From IMG/VR virus record IMGVR_UViG_3300042975_000096: a DNA stretch of 64,000 bases; one strand, written 5' to 3'. This document shows, piece by piece, positions 41,487-51,570 of the stretch; position 1 is the first letter of the stretch; each line of letters starts with the position of its first letter. Source of the stretch: a virus. Taxonomy: Duplodnaviria > Caudoviricetes. The notes beneath the pieces are model-generated. The model ran no database searches. It was not told the origin of the DNA and was given only the letters and a program-made list of their open reading frames with translations. The translations under genes and the position numbers were made by a program.

Positions 41487-41732
41487 TCAAAAAACATTTA
41501 ACGATTTTGAGAAAATCCGTTTATAGCAATTTATTGCCTGTTTTGTGGAAACCGTACCCCAACCGCCATCGTCATATTTAACCTCTTTTGTGCTCTTATC
41601 AATAACACAAATGGCTGTTGCATGATAATAGAATTTTACTTCTTTATCGTCCTGTTTCATAAAGTGATTGCCAATCTTACGATGTTTCGTTCCATAATGA
41701 TATTCTTTTACAAGTTTATCAATAGCTACCAT
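41487..41732 (-). CDS. Hypothetical protein
   Basis: YHAT.I...GGW.T.STK..IN motif. Confidence 0.75.
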   Translation of the reverse strand: MVAIDKLVKEYHYGTKHRKIGNHFMKQDDKEVKFYYHATAICVIDKSTKEVKYDDGGWGTVSTKQAINCYKRIFSKSLNVF

Positions 41733-41812
41733 TTTTAATTCCCTCTTTCATTTTATCTCTCTCAATCTCTATAATTATAATATCACACTCTTATATATTT
41801 GTCAACACTTTT

Positions 41813-42043
41813 TTATTTGATGTTTCGAATAATGATACAATACTCACTTGAAATCACTTTTCTTACTTCTGCAATTTTAAATGTATCTTCCGTAACGGTT
41901 TTAAGATAGGCATCTAATTTCTCACCGTTAAAGTCACAAGCAACGCCTTTAAGTTCTTCCATAAGACTTTTAATACTAGAACAAACTTCCAACCAAACAA
42001 CTGTACCGTTAACCGTCAAAACAACCACATATACTTTTTTCAT
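41813..42043 (-). CDS. Hypothetical protein
   Basis: Standard unit. Confidence 0.7.
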   Translation of the reverse strand: MKKVYVVVLTVNGTVVWLEVCSSIKSLMEELKGVACDFNGEKLDAYLKTVTEDTFKIAEVRKVISSEYCIIIRNIK

Positions 42044-42215
42044 TTTAATTCTCTCTTTCATTTCTCTCTTAACTCTATATTTATAATACCATACTTATAT
42101 ATATTTGTCAATATGTTTTTAAAATACTTTATTTTATAATATTCTGAAATATTATATCGACAAAAACAACAAAGGGCGATATAACAATACCACTCTTTTT
42201 GTTAATCATTAGCAC

Positions 42216-42605
42216 TTATCCTACAACATCCCTTTTTAACGCCAAATAAAATGTATTAATAACAAACGCCTTGAATTTGTCATTAAAATAATCTTTCATT
42301 ACATTATGTTCGTCAATGGTAATATTCAAATTATACATTAAACTTGGGGTAACAATTACCTTAAATGAACTGCATCCTAAAACTGTTCCGTCTTTATCAA
42401 CATGAATGAATGAACTATAAATTATCAATTCATTAATATCTGCTTTAACAAGATGACTTGTAAACCCATTATCATTAGGCAAAAGGGCTACTAAATCGTC
42501 TAAACACATTGTAAGTTCATTTTCTTCACCGTCTATATAAGTCATCATAGTATTTTCGCTATTATTTTTTGAAGCAAATACAAGTGCTATATAAAGTTCC
42601 ATCAT
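42216..42605 (-). CDS. Paralog of 28083..28514
   Basis: Shared motifs; start refined. Confidence 0.75.
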   Translation of the reverse strand: MMELYIALVFASKNNSENTMMTYIDGEENELTMCLDDLVALLPNDNGFTSHLVKADINELIIYSSFIHVDKDGTVLGCSSFKVIVTPSLMYNLNITIDEHNVMKDYFNDKFKAFVINTFYLALKRDVVG

Positions 42606-42887
42606 TTGAAAAAACCCCTTTTCTTTTTTCACCTTAACTCTATTTATATAATACCATACTTTTATATATTTGTCAATAAATTTAAACAAAAAAGCAAGCA
42701 TACGTCAAAAATGCTTGCTTTTTTTTAGATATATGATTTTTTGGAGGAACAAAAAATGCACATTGTTATTATATGATGTTTTCCATTATTTGTCAATAAT
42801 TATTTTTGTAAAAATAATTTCAGAATATTATAAAATAATTATATCAAACAAATAAAAAGGAAGGTAACATTACCTCCCTTTTTTTAT

Positions 42888-43376
42888 TTACCAACCATAT
42901 ACTTCAGCTACATGCTTCTCAATGGATTTTGTATAGTAATTAATCATAGCACGACTTACAGGTTCATCATTGTACAATTTGTCTAACAGGTTTTGAATGT
43001 TACGATTCGGACGAATCTCACGATATTCAACATAGCTCGTTCCATCGTGTCCATATAACGTTGCTTTAATATTATAGCCGTCTGAATACCATTCAGCACC
43101 TTCACCATCACCATACAGAATATCTTGAATATTACCGCTTTCAATGATTTTATAACCTGTTTTACGACCATTCCAACGACCAATATCAGCAATGGCAAGA
43201 ATGTCATTTTCAAGCTGAATATCCAAATTTAGCCGTTCATCCTCTAATGCCATATCGTTCATATCATTGGCAATTCCATACATTTCACTTTCGTTTGTAA
43301 CGTCTGGATATTCTTCTTCAAAAAACTCTTTGTAATCCTCTAAATCAATATCGCTACTCCATATAACTTTTTTCAT
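42888..43376 (-). CDS. Acidic phage protein (IAD.G.WNGR..GYK, HDGT)
   Basis: Standard unit. Confidence 0.85.
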   Translation of the reverse strand: MKKVIWSSDIDLEDYKEFFEEEYPDVTNESEMYGIANDMNDMALEDERLNLDIQLENDILAIADIGRWNGRKTGYKIIESGNIQDILYGDGEGAEWYSDGYNIKATLYGHDGTSYVEYREIRPNRNIQNLLDKLYNDEPVSRAMINYYTKSIEKHVAEVYGW

Positions 43377-43563
43377 TTTAATTACCTCTTTCTTTTAACT
43401 TGTTTTTCTCTCAATCTCTATAATTATAATACCATACTTTTATATGTTTGTCAACAAGTTTTTAAAATTAATTTTAATCCAGATACATACATCATTTTCA
43501 GATTATTTTGAAATATTATAGGGGATAAATTAAAAAGCAGGTAACAGTTACCTGCTTTTACAA

Positions 43564-43776
43564 TTAATAGCTATAGAAATTATACATGTGTTCTTCAAAA
43601 TCCGCATGTGCTTTTTGTGTATACTGTTCAGCTTCGTCAAACGTAGGAAAAAAACCTTTTCCCCAAAAACTTTTTACCAATCTTATGTTTTCTTTGGTAA
43701 CTATCAGTGATTCCGTATCACCAACTAATCCACCACTCTCATAAATCGTCATGCCAATTTTAATCATATATAACAC
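43564..43776 (-). CDS. Hypothetical protein
   Basis: Operon context. Confidence 0.65.
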   Translation of the reverse strand: MLYMIKIGMTIYESGGLVGDTESLIVTKENIRLVKSFWGKGFFPTFDEAEQYTQKAHADFEEHMYNFYSY

Positions 43777-43806
43777 ATCCTTCTATTAGTTTATTGTAAA
43801 AACGCT

Positions 43807-44025
43807 TTAATACTGTCGTTCAACAGGATAGTATGTGATATTATGCCGTTTATTCAGCAGTTTGCTAATCATTTTTTCACAGGCATTAATATCTCCCAAT
43901 TTCATTCCCGGATATTTATTGAGATAATTGTTATAATCTGCACATCCACCTTTTGACAGTTCTTCAAAATTAATATCAATAAATTTAATCAAACTCTCTT
44001 TTGTAATACTGTTTATTTCGTTCAT
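43807..44025 (-). CDS. Hypothetical protein
   Basis: Coupled to upstream gene. Confidence 0.65.
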   Translation of the reverse strand: MNEINSITKESLIKFIDINFEELSKGGCADYNNYLNKYPGMKLGDINACEKMISKLLNKRHNITYYPVERQY

Positions 44026-44264
44026 TATATAATATCCTTTTCGCTAACCAATTCGCTCTGCTTAAACATTTTAAGCTCTGATACACACGAGTTCGTTACT
44101 TCGCGAGTAAAATATACAATATCACCGCTAATGATTTCTGCATCCGTGATTCGATAACTCTTGCCTGTCAATGCGTGTTCTACAATATCACCTTGTGCAT
44201 ATTGCGAAACACATGTAAAGATATATTTTCCTGCCTTATTTACGCCATTACTTTTTACAATCAT
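44025..44264 (-). CDS. Hypothetical protein
   Basis: Standard unit. Confidence 0.7.
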   Translation of the reverse strand: MIVKSNGVNKAGKYIFTCVSQYAQGDIVEHALTGKSYRITDAEIISGDIVYFTREVTNSCVSELKMFKQSELVSEKDII

Positions 44265-44583
44265 TTTAGTTACCTCTTTCGTTTGTTCTACCTCTTTATC
44301 TCTACTATTATAGTATCATAAATTATAATATTTGTCAACAGTTTTTTAAAATACTTTACTTGCCTGTTTTTAATTATTCTGAAAATAATAATCCCAATAA
44401 AAAAAGCAGGATTTACCTGCCTTTTCGTTCGTGCTTTTCAAAAATCAAATTTGGCTTTATAACCGCCTAGAACGCCGCACATTACATTTTTTCAACTTAT
44501 GTATGTGTTTATACCAATACGCACATTAAACTTAATGTGTGGCTTTATAAACGGTTATAAAGCGTTTTTAGTTAATGCATTGC

Positions 44584-44862
44584 TCACCGTACATTATTAA
44601 AGAAATCATTTCGGATTAATTTATAATCATATTTCGCCCTGTCATGTGTATATTTTGTATCACCATAATTAACCCATTCGTCATTGCTAACCGTCAAACA
44701 ACACGTATATGGATATGTCGTTTCGTTTTCATCCCATTTATCTACAACGAATACGCGATTGTTAATCCGTACATACATGCCATAATCCTTTGACATTAAT
44801 TTCCGATACACAATTTTACCATGTGGCAACATAATTGGGAACTTCTCTTTTGTCATATTCAT
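44584..44862 (-). CDS. Hypothetical protein
   Basis: Standard unit. Confidence 0.7.
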   Translation of the reverse strand: MNMTKEKFPIMLPHGKIVYRKLMSKDYGMYVRINNRVFVVDKWDENETTYPYTCCLTVSNDEWVNYGDTKYTHDRAKYDYKLIRNDFFNNVR

Positions 44863-45347
44863 ATTAACGCCCTCTTTTCTTCTCTCTTAACTCTAATATT
44901 ATAATAACATATTTTATTATATTTGTCAACAGTATTTTTCAAAATATGCAATTGCTTTATATCGCGTTATAACGCCATATAACGTGTCTTTTTCATTTTG
45001 CATATAATCATACCTATTGCGCCATACAATTTAATGTGGGGCTTTTTAAGGGCTTATAAAGGCAATTACCTACATCATGACTTCTACACATAATGGTTTT
45101 TAGACTATTTTGAAAACGTAGTAGCAGTAATAAAAAAATCGCACTCTATATAGAGTGCGATAATGTTATATGATTTTCACGACTTCAGGTCTTGCTGAAA
45201 AGTGCAATAGTAGTTTTACGACTTCCATAAGTGGCATATCCGTAAAACATCCTTCTTGTTTTGCTCTCATTGCTTCGTTAATCATAAACCCATATATGAT
45301 TAACGATAAATCTCTGTCACTGATTTTTTCCATTTTATTAAGTCCTT

Positions 45348-45683
45348 TCATACTTCTTTATTTAATGCCGTTTCCATTTCCAATACTAACAATTCTCTGA
45401 ATCCTTCACCCGTCGTGCTATCACTTTTGCACTGAACAAGGAAATTTCTTCTAAGGCACGGGGTTATTGTAAATCGTACATTACAACGTTCTTTTTTCGG
45501 TTTGGTTATGTCAAAAACAATATCGATAATCAATTCATTTTCTGTTGATTCCTTATCTAATTTTGCGCCTTTGAATGGAAGTTTTGACATAACTTTAACT
45601 ATCTGCTTATTCCACTCTGGTTCATAATCACTGTTCGTTGGTTTGTAATGAATTAACTCTGCAGGCTATTGATACATTTTCAT
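45348..45683 (-). pseudogene. Gene with an in-frame TAG at codon 6 (45666-45668)
   Basis: RBS GAAGGGG-ATG AAA ATG TAT CAA TAG CCT... continues in frame into MSKLPFKG. Confidence 0.6.
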
Positions 45684-45777
45684 AATACTATCGCCCCTTC
45701 AATCAACCTCTCTTTAACTCTTATTATATAATATCATATTTTATCTCATTTGTCAATACTTTTTAAAATTAAACTAA

Positions 45778-46167
45778 TCATAATATTGGAATTAATTTTT
45801 TGAATATTTCATTCCCATTTGAATCAACTGAACTTATAAAGGAACTGTCATGCCGTTGATGCCATCGCTTTATATCTGCTTTTGTTTTTTCACGAGCGAT
45901 TACACAATCGTTATATTTCGTTTTGCAATCACATTGTATTTGTGATAACGGTATTGTTCCATATATGGTTCTGCAACAATGTTGACATAATTCGGTTGGA
46001 TATGTCGGTAATGGATTAAATACTCCGCTTATATTCTGTTCATTAATTTTCATTAATGTATTATCTTTTTGTATCAATAATCCACCATCTTGATATTTGT
46101 GCATGACATAATACCATTCAGATTTTTTTGCCGTATATTCTTTCATGGTTACATACATTTGCTTCAC
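45778..46167 (-). CDS. Cys-rich hypothetical protein
   Basis: 129 aa ORF. Confidence 0.6.
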   Translation of the reverse strand: MKQMYVTMKEYTAKKSEWYYVMHKYQDGGLLIQKDNTLMKINEQNISGVFNPLPTYPTELCQHCCRTIYGTIPLSQIQCDCKTKYNDCVIAREKTKADIKRWHQRHDSSFISSVDSNGNEIFKKLIPIL

Positions 46168-46242
46168 TCTTTTCTTCGTTGATAAATACGCTTATAGAAA
46201 AGTGTATTTGAAAAAGTGGACGATAATTGTAATATATAAATA

Positions 46243-46524
46243 TTATTTCTTATAGACTAAAAAATTATCTTTTGCTTTTTGTGCTAAAGATTCTAAAATT
46301 GATTCGTTAAATTTATATGGAGAATATAATGTAGTAACGTATGCTTGATTAACATTTACATGCTGTCGAATATTATCAAAATGCCTATTCACATACTTCA
46401 TTGGCGTGATTGTATATGTAATCTTGTCATTTTTAATATCCACAAATACATCCATATAATTATTTTGCCATAAATGTTCAGCTTGATTGAGAATTTCTTT
46501 TACACCTTCTATCATATTAATCAC
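46243..46524 (-). CDS. Hypothetical protein
   Basis: RBS AAGGTG, no sigmaA promoter. Confidence 0.7.
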   Translation of the reverse strand: MINMIEGVKEILNQAEHLWQNNYMDVFVDIKNDKITYTITPMKYVNRHFDNIRQHVNVNQAYVTTLYSPYKFNESILESLAQKAKDNFLVYKK

Positions 46525-46650
46525 CTTATTATTTAAGATACTAATATAATATTTTAAATATAGCTCAAAATTGTTATGATGGCAGAGAAAAGAAGTAGGT
46601 ATGTTTTTATTTTGACCGTTTATTTTTTTACAACAAAAAACAGATAGAAA

Positions 46651-46905
46651 TTAATATGCTATCTGCTTCAATAATAAATTTAATGAATTAAACGTTTCCT
46701 GTTCATCAACACCACTTATAGATACAAGAAATAAATCATTTTCTTTTATGCATAAGGAACATAATCCCAAAATGCTATTTGTATCTGCTTTGTTGTCATT
46801 TTGATAGAATGTAATTTTTGATTTAGAATACTTTGTGTTCAATACAATTTTTGCACAATTCCTAAAACAAACATATTCTTTAGCCGTATAAAATTTATTA
46901 ACCAA
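46651..46905 (-). CDS. HPr-like protein lacking His15
   Basis: SKITF...KADTNSILGL.SL.I...D...VSISG.DEQE matches the HPr Ser46 region; no GLHARP. Confidence 0.75.
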   Translation of the reverse strand: MVNKFYTAKEYVCFRNCAKIVLNTKYSKSKITFYQNDNKADTNSILGLCSLCIKENDLFLVSISGVDEQETFNSLNLLLKQIAY

Positions 46906-47033
46906 AATAATCCCTCCATGTTTTATATTATACCATATATATACAAAGTGTCAAGCACATTTATAATGTTTCAGAATATTTAGAAATAACATAGGATGAA
47001 TAAAATAGGTGAGGGATTTCTCCCCCACCTTCT

Positions 47034-47477
47034 TTACTCAATCGTGCCAAACTTGCTTTTGAACGTTACCGTCTTATAGCTTACAAGCTTCTCATACGCT
47101 TCAGCAGGAATCACACCTTCTTTGATATACTTCTTGATTTGCGTATTGTCAATATCGTATACCGTATGACGTTTAATCAGCTTTTTATCCTCCAAACCAC
47201 AAGCTTCAAGCAGGACTTTAAGCTGTTTTACGTCAACTTCTTTATCACGACGAACCGTCACCTTTTCCATGAAATACTCATAGCCTTCAAGCAATTCTTT
47301 AACGTCGGCAGGAAGGACATAACGTGCTTCAAGCTTGACCTTCTTTTCGTCGAGCTTTGCCTTTTCTTCCTTGATTTTTTTATCAAGGGCAAGAAAATCT
47401 TTGATTTCCTTGTCAAGTGCCATTTTCGTCAATTTCTCTACCTGTGCCATTTTTTCCATTTTTGCTGTTGTTGCCAT
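47034..47477 (-). CDS. Hypothetical coiled-coil protein
   Basis: Standard unit. Confidence 0.85.
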   Translation of the reverse strand: MATTAKMEKMAQVEKLTKMALDKEIKDFLALDKKIKEEKAKLDEKKVKLEARYVLPADVKELLEGYEYFMEKVTVRRDKEVDVKQLKVLLEACGLEDKKLIKRHTVYDIDNTQIKKYIKEGVIPAEAYEKLVSYKTVTFKSKFGTIE

Positions 47478-47563
47478 TTTAATTACCCCTTTTCTTTTTG
47501 TTTAACTCATTCTTAACTCTATATATATAATACCATATTCTTTGAAGTTTGTCAACAGTTTTT

Positions 47564-47866
47564 TTAACTAAATTCAAATTTTGTTTTGAGCTGATTATCT
47601 TTATAAAACAATATGCAATCGTCTTTTATCATAAATGAATCGTATGTGTAATCGTAAATCTGAACTTCCTTATATTGTTTGCAATTTCTCAAAAACAACA
47701 TATTCACTTCTTTATACTTTTCAAGTTCATCATTAATATTGTTAATTTCAGAAAAGCTAACGTTGGAAATTCCTAAATAAACCCTGCCGATAAAATTCAC
47801 GTCCTTCTGATTTTTGTATTTATTGTAAACATACTTGACCAGTTCTTTAAGATTTTCTTGATTCAT
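47564..47866 (-). CDS. Hypothetical protein
   Basis: Standard unit. Confidence 0.7.
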   Translation of the reverse strand: MNQENLKELVKYVYNKYKNQKDVNFIGRVYLGISNVSFSEINNINDELEKYKEVNMLFLRNCKQYKEVQIYDYTYDSFMIKDDCILFYKDNQLKTKFEFS

Positions 47867-48032
47867 TTTCTATTCCCACCTTTTTCTTAACTCCCTTAAC
47901 CTATAATTAATTATATATCATAGTATGTAATTTGTCAACAAGTTTTTAAAATTTATTAATCATAGTCTATTTTAGAATAGTCTGAATTATTTTGTGGGAT
48001 AAAAAATAGAGGGAATATATTCCCTCTATTTA

Positions 48033-48713
48033 TCAGCTTGCCTTTGCCATACTAAGTGACAGCAACCTTAATTCGTGCTTTCCTAAATACTTCTTGCACT
48101 TCTCAAAATCATTAGGAAATACTTTTGCGATTGGTTTAATATAATCAAATTCGCTTTTTTCAATTAATTCCCTTACGAATTTAGCAAGTGATGTAATTTT
48201 CATTTTCTTTGTTTTAGTCATGCATTGCTGGCTAATTGCGATAAATAATCCCAATGTATTGATTTGCGGTTTTACACAAAATGTACTTTTGGATGTGTTT
48301 TTGGTTTTTTTCGGCATTTCTACTGGTTCTGAAATCATTTTTCTTATGACAATATGATAACCAAATTCCTTTTTTGAATTGATATACCGCATTACCTTTT
48401 TAAAATTTACGCCATGGTCAAAACAACCAGTAAGCGTATGGATTAACTCATGCATGATTACATTGCGACGTTCACGCTCATTAAAATACAGATATTTTCT
48501 TGAAAAACAAATTTGCATAGTTTTAACAAAAACATCACGATGACATTTACCAACAGCACAACGTGTGTTAATCATATATACATGTTTAATAAGACGGAAA
48601 TCTTTATCACGCATAGCCGAAAAATCTATATTCATTCTCTCAAAATCTTTGATACATTCAAGCATTATTTTTGTTAGTGCTTTATTTTCTTCATAAATTA
48701 CTACCATTTTCAA
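48033..48713 (-). CDS. SprT-like Zn metalloprotease
   Basis: VIMHELIH...CFDHG..F. Confidence 0.75.
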   Translation of the reverse strand: MKMVVIYEENKALTKIMLECIKDFERMNIDFSAMRDKDFRLIKHVYMINTRCAVGKCHRDVFVKTMQICFSRKYLYFNERERRNVIMHELIHTLTGCFDHGVNFKKVMRYINSKKEFGYHIVIRKMISEPVEMPKKTKNTSKSTFCVKPQINTLGLFIAISQQCMTKTKKMKITSLAKFVRELIEKSEFDYIKPIAKVFPNDFEKCKKYLGKHELRLLSLSMAKAS

Positions 48714-48817
48714 AACCCCTTTTCATGTATCTCTCTCAATCTCTACTATTATAATATCATATTATTATATATTTGTCAATATGATTTTAAAAATAAAAAA
48801 GAGTGGATAATCCACTC

Positions 48818-49468
48818 TCATAGCCATGCTAATTCTTGTTTTGTTAAATATTTCAGACTACTCTGAAACTCTATAGGATATTCTTCTTCTAAAAACACTA
48901 TTTTATCTGAATTGTTTTCATTGATAGCTTCTCGAATCAAATTTTTGAATTTTGTTACTTTTACTTTTCCGCTTAGTGTTGAACAAAACAATTTGATGTA
49001 TGCTTTAAGCTCTCCCTCTTTATCTGTAGCTTTAGATAATATATTTATATCTTGATTATGCGCCATTGCTTTTGCATAGATTAATAAATCCTGCTTATTT
49101 GACGGCGTATAATTAACTGCTACATTATAATTCAAGTTATTATTGATATAATCCATGTGTTCTAAAAATGATGCTTCATGATTAAAGCATCCATTAAACG
49201 TATGGATTACCTCATGCATGATAATGTTTTCTTTTGTTGGTGAACTTAAATTCAAAAAACGTTTGGAATAATAGATTCTCATTGTTGAATTTTGTGGTTG
49301 CTTTTTACAACACGCAACAGAATTAACTGTATTGCAAAGATATATCTTTTTTGATAATGAAAAATCCTTATCCACCAGCTCATTGAACTCAAACCTTGAA
49401 TTATTAATGTCATTGATACATTTGTGTAATATCCCTGTTAATTCTTCATTGATAACCAATTGTTTCAT
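48818..49468 (-). CDS. SprT-like Zn metalloprotease, tandem paralog, transcribed behind mini-array 3
   Basis: IIMHEVIH...CFNHE..F. Confidence 0.75.
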   Translation of the reverse strand: MKQLVINEELTGILHKCINDINNSRFEFNELVDKDFSLSKKIYLCNTVNSVACCKKQPQNSTMRIYYSKRFLNLSSPTKENIIMHEVIHTFNGCFNHEASFLEHMDYINNNLNYNVAVNYTPSNKQDLLIYAKAMAHNQDINILSKATDKEGELKAYIKLFCSTLSGKVKVTKFKNLIREAINENNSDKIVFLEEEYPIEFQSSLKYLTKQELAWL

Positions 49469-49496
49469 TTATTAAGGACACCTCATTTTATTTATT

Positions 49497-49591
49497 TGTT
49501 GTACTCACGCACCCGTATGGGTGCGACTACAAAAAACACTTAAAGCACTTAGAAAAACAGATTTCAATTCACGCACCCGTATGGGTGCGAC
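49497..49591 (-). CRISPR. Mini-array 3: repeat 49561-49591, 33-nt spacer, 3'-degenerate terminal repeat 49497-49527
   Basis: Terminal copy ends GTGAGTACAACA instead of GTGAATTGAAAT. Confidence 0.9.
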
Positions 49592-49791
49592 AGCACACAT
49601 GCCAAAGCCTTGCTATGCAAGGGTTGAAATGGCACTTTGTGCGAACCCCTAATCATTTTACAAAATTCGTTGACATTTCCCCATGTAAACCTCAATGAAC
49701 CTTGTAAAACAAAGGGGTGCGAAGCACCTAGTGTTTTTCTGTTCACTTATGCTTCGCACTTATTATAGCATTTTACTTATTCATTTGTCAA
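49592..49791 (-). promoter_or_regulatory. CRISPR leader plus promoter (copy 3)
   Basis: Homologous leader; -10 49762-49767, -35 49786-49791. Confidence 0.85.
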
Positions 49792-49794
49792 GCA

Positions 49795-50037
49795 TTAATG
49801 TACCCACAATTCAACGCTTGCATCCCAATGATAACCAAAATCTGTTGCAAGCATTTCTAATAATGTTGTCGGTACGTCGTTATCAATGATTGGATTATAT
49901 AACGGGAAACCATTTTGATGCAGAAATAACTGCATACCAAAATCCGTTAGAAAATTTGTTCCTGTAAAATTTTTTACCCATTCTTCATATTCAGCCTGTT
50001 TTTTCTTCAATTCTGTTTTCAATGTTGACTGCTTCAT
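49795..50037 (-). CDS. Hypothetical protein
   Basis: Standard unit. Confidence 0.75.
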   Translation of the reverse strand: MKQSTLKTELKKKQAEYEEWVKNFTGTNFLTDFGMQLFLHQNGFPLYNPIIDNDVPTTLLEMLATDFGYHWDASVELWVH

Positions 50038-50174
50038 TTATAATTCCCTCTTTCATTTAATTCTTCTCTCAATCTCTATAATTATAATACCATATTTATA
50101 TATATTTGTCAACACTTTTTTAAAATAATTATTTTGAAATATTCTGAAAACATTTTGAATAAAAAAAGAGGATG

Positions 50175-51125
50175 TTAATCCTCTTTTAAATCCTCTATTG
50201 ATTCCACAGTGCCAATGTTCTTAAATAATAGCTCAATAATCTTATTGCGCACTTCTTCGCTGATTCTGCCACCAGAAGCTTGTTGATGCCCACCACCATT
50301 AAAGGCAATTGCAAAAGGTGTTGTATCAATGCCACTTGAACGTAAAGATACAAAACCATCGTCTAAATTAAACATAATTGCCATATCAGAATCATTATTC
50401 ATATGGCATAATTTATTACCTAAAACAGACTGGTATCTGTCCGCAAAAGATACGGCAATCGATTGATTATTAACAACAATTCGTTTTGCTGATTTTGTTT
50501 TGTTTTCCACGAATTTGTTAATTGTATCTTGCTCATGATTTAACAATTCTCGTTCGGATTGATTAAAAATCGTTAGTTCATTAATATCTGTTTTTTTCAA
50601 TCGGTCTGTAAAAGTATCAACGAAATTTGATATTCCCAAAATATAAACAACATCATTTAAATATTTTGGCAACTGACTATTTTGTTTTGACCAATCCCAT
50701 GTATCATATAATCTAACCTGTTCAACAAAATACGGTCTAGGTGTAATCATACCCTTTTTAATCAAAAAGTCATGCCACAACTCCGTACCACAAGTCAAGT
50801 TTCCCTTTTCATTTTCAACTGAAACTTTTGCCCACGGGAATTCATTTAATCCCACAGCCGTTTTGTGATGGTCAAACAATGAAACATTTTTATGTTTTTC
50901 AATTAACGCAAACAATTCCTTTTTGTCTGAAGGAATAGAACAATCTGTAATATACACTTTGTTATAATTATAGATTTTTTTATATTCATATGCATAAAAC
51001 AATTTTTCTGCAACGTCATTAGGGCTACTGCAATATTCGATTTCAATATCATTTTTAAATGCAAGTTTGGCTAATATTGCGCAACCAAGACCATCTAAAT
51101 CATTATGTGTAATTAATTTATACAT
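50175..51125 (-). CDS. DHH/DHHA1 phosphoesterase (nanoRNase-like), transcribed behind mini-array 4
   Basis: HNDLDG, ITD, FDHH, GGGH..ASG motifs. Confidence 0.9.
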   Translation of the reverse strand: MYKLITHNDLDGLGCAILAKLAFKNDIEIEYCSSPNDVAEKLFYAYEYKKIYNYNKVYITDCSIPSDKKELFALIEKHKNVSLFDHHKTAVGLNEFPWAKVSVENEKGNLTCGTELWHDFLIKKGMITPRPYFVEQVRLYDTWDWSKQNSQLPKYLNDVVYILGISNFVDTFTDRLKKTDINELTIFNQSERELLNHEQDTINKFVENKTKSAKRIVVNNQSIAVSFADRYQSVLGNKLCHMNNDSDMAIMFNLDDGFVSLRSSGIDTTPFAIAFNGGGHQQASGGRISEEVRNKIIELLFKNIGTVESIEDLKED

Positions 51126-51159
51126 TCACATTTCACCTTTTTCTATATTATTTGTTTTT

Positions 51160-51361
51160 TATTGCACTCACGCACCCGTATGGGTGCGACAAAACGCAAA
51201 TTTCAATTCACGCACCCGTATAGGGTGCGACTCACTGTTTTGTTATTTTTCATTCTTACACTAATATTTCAATTCACGCACCCGTATAGGGTGCGACTTC
51301 CGTATCTGTCCATGGTCTCGCCCCACTGTATTTCAATTCACGCACCCGTATAGGGTGCGAC
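51160..51361 (-). CRISPR. Mini-array 4: three 32-nt repeats plus a degenerate terminal repeat; spacers of 32, 34 and 9 nt
   Basis: Repeats 51330-51361, 51266-51297, 51200-51231, 51160-51190. Confidence 0.93.
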
Positions 51362-51561
51362 AGCACACATGCCAAAGCCTTGCTACGCAAGGGATGAAAT
51401 GGCACTTTGTGCGAACCCCTTAATGTTTTACAAAATTCGTTTACATTTTATCGCCTAAATATAGAAGAACCCTGTAAAACAAAGGGGTGCGAAGCACCTA
51501 GTGTTTTTCTGTTCACTTATGCTTCGCACTTATTATAGCATTTTACTTATTCATTTGTCAA
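51362..51561 (-). promoter_or_regulatory. CRISPR leader plus promoter (copy 4)
   Basis: Homologous leader; -10 51532-51537, -35 51556-51561. Confidence 0.85.
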
Positions 51562-51570
51562 GTATTAATT

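Noticed and set aside
51162-51353. Plus-strand ORF with FQFTHPYRVR repeats
   Set aside because: Antisense translation of the CRISPR repeats
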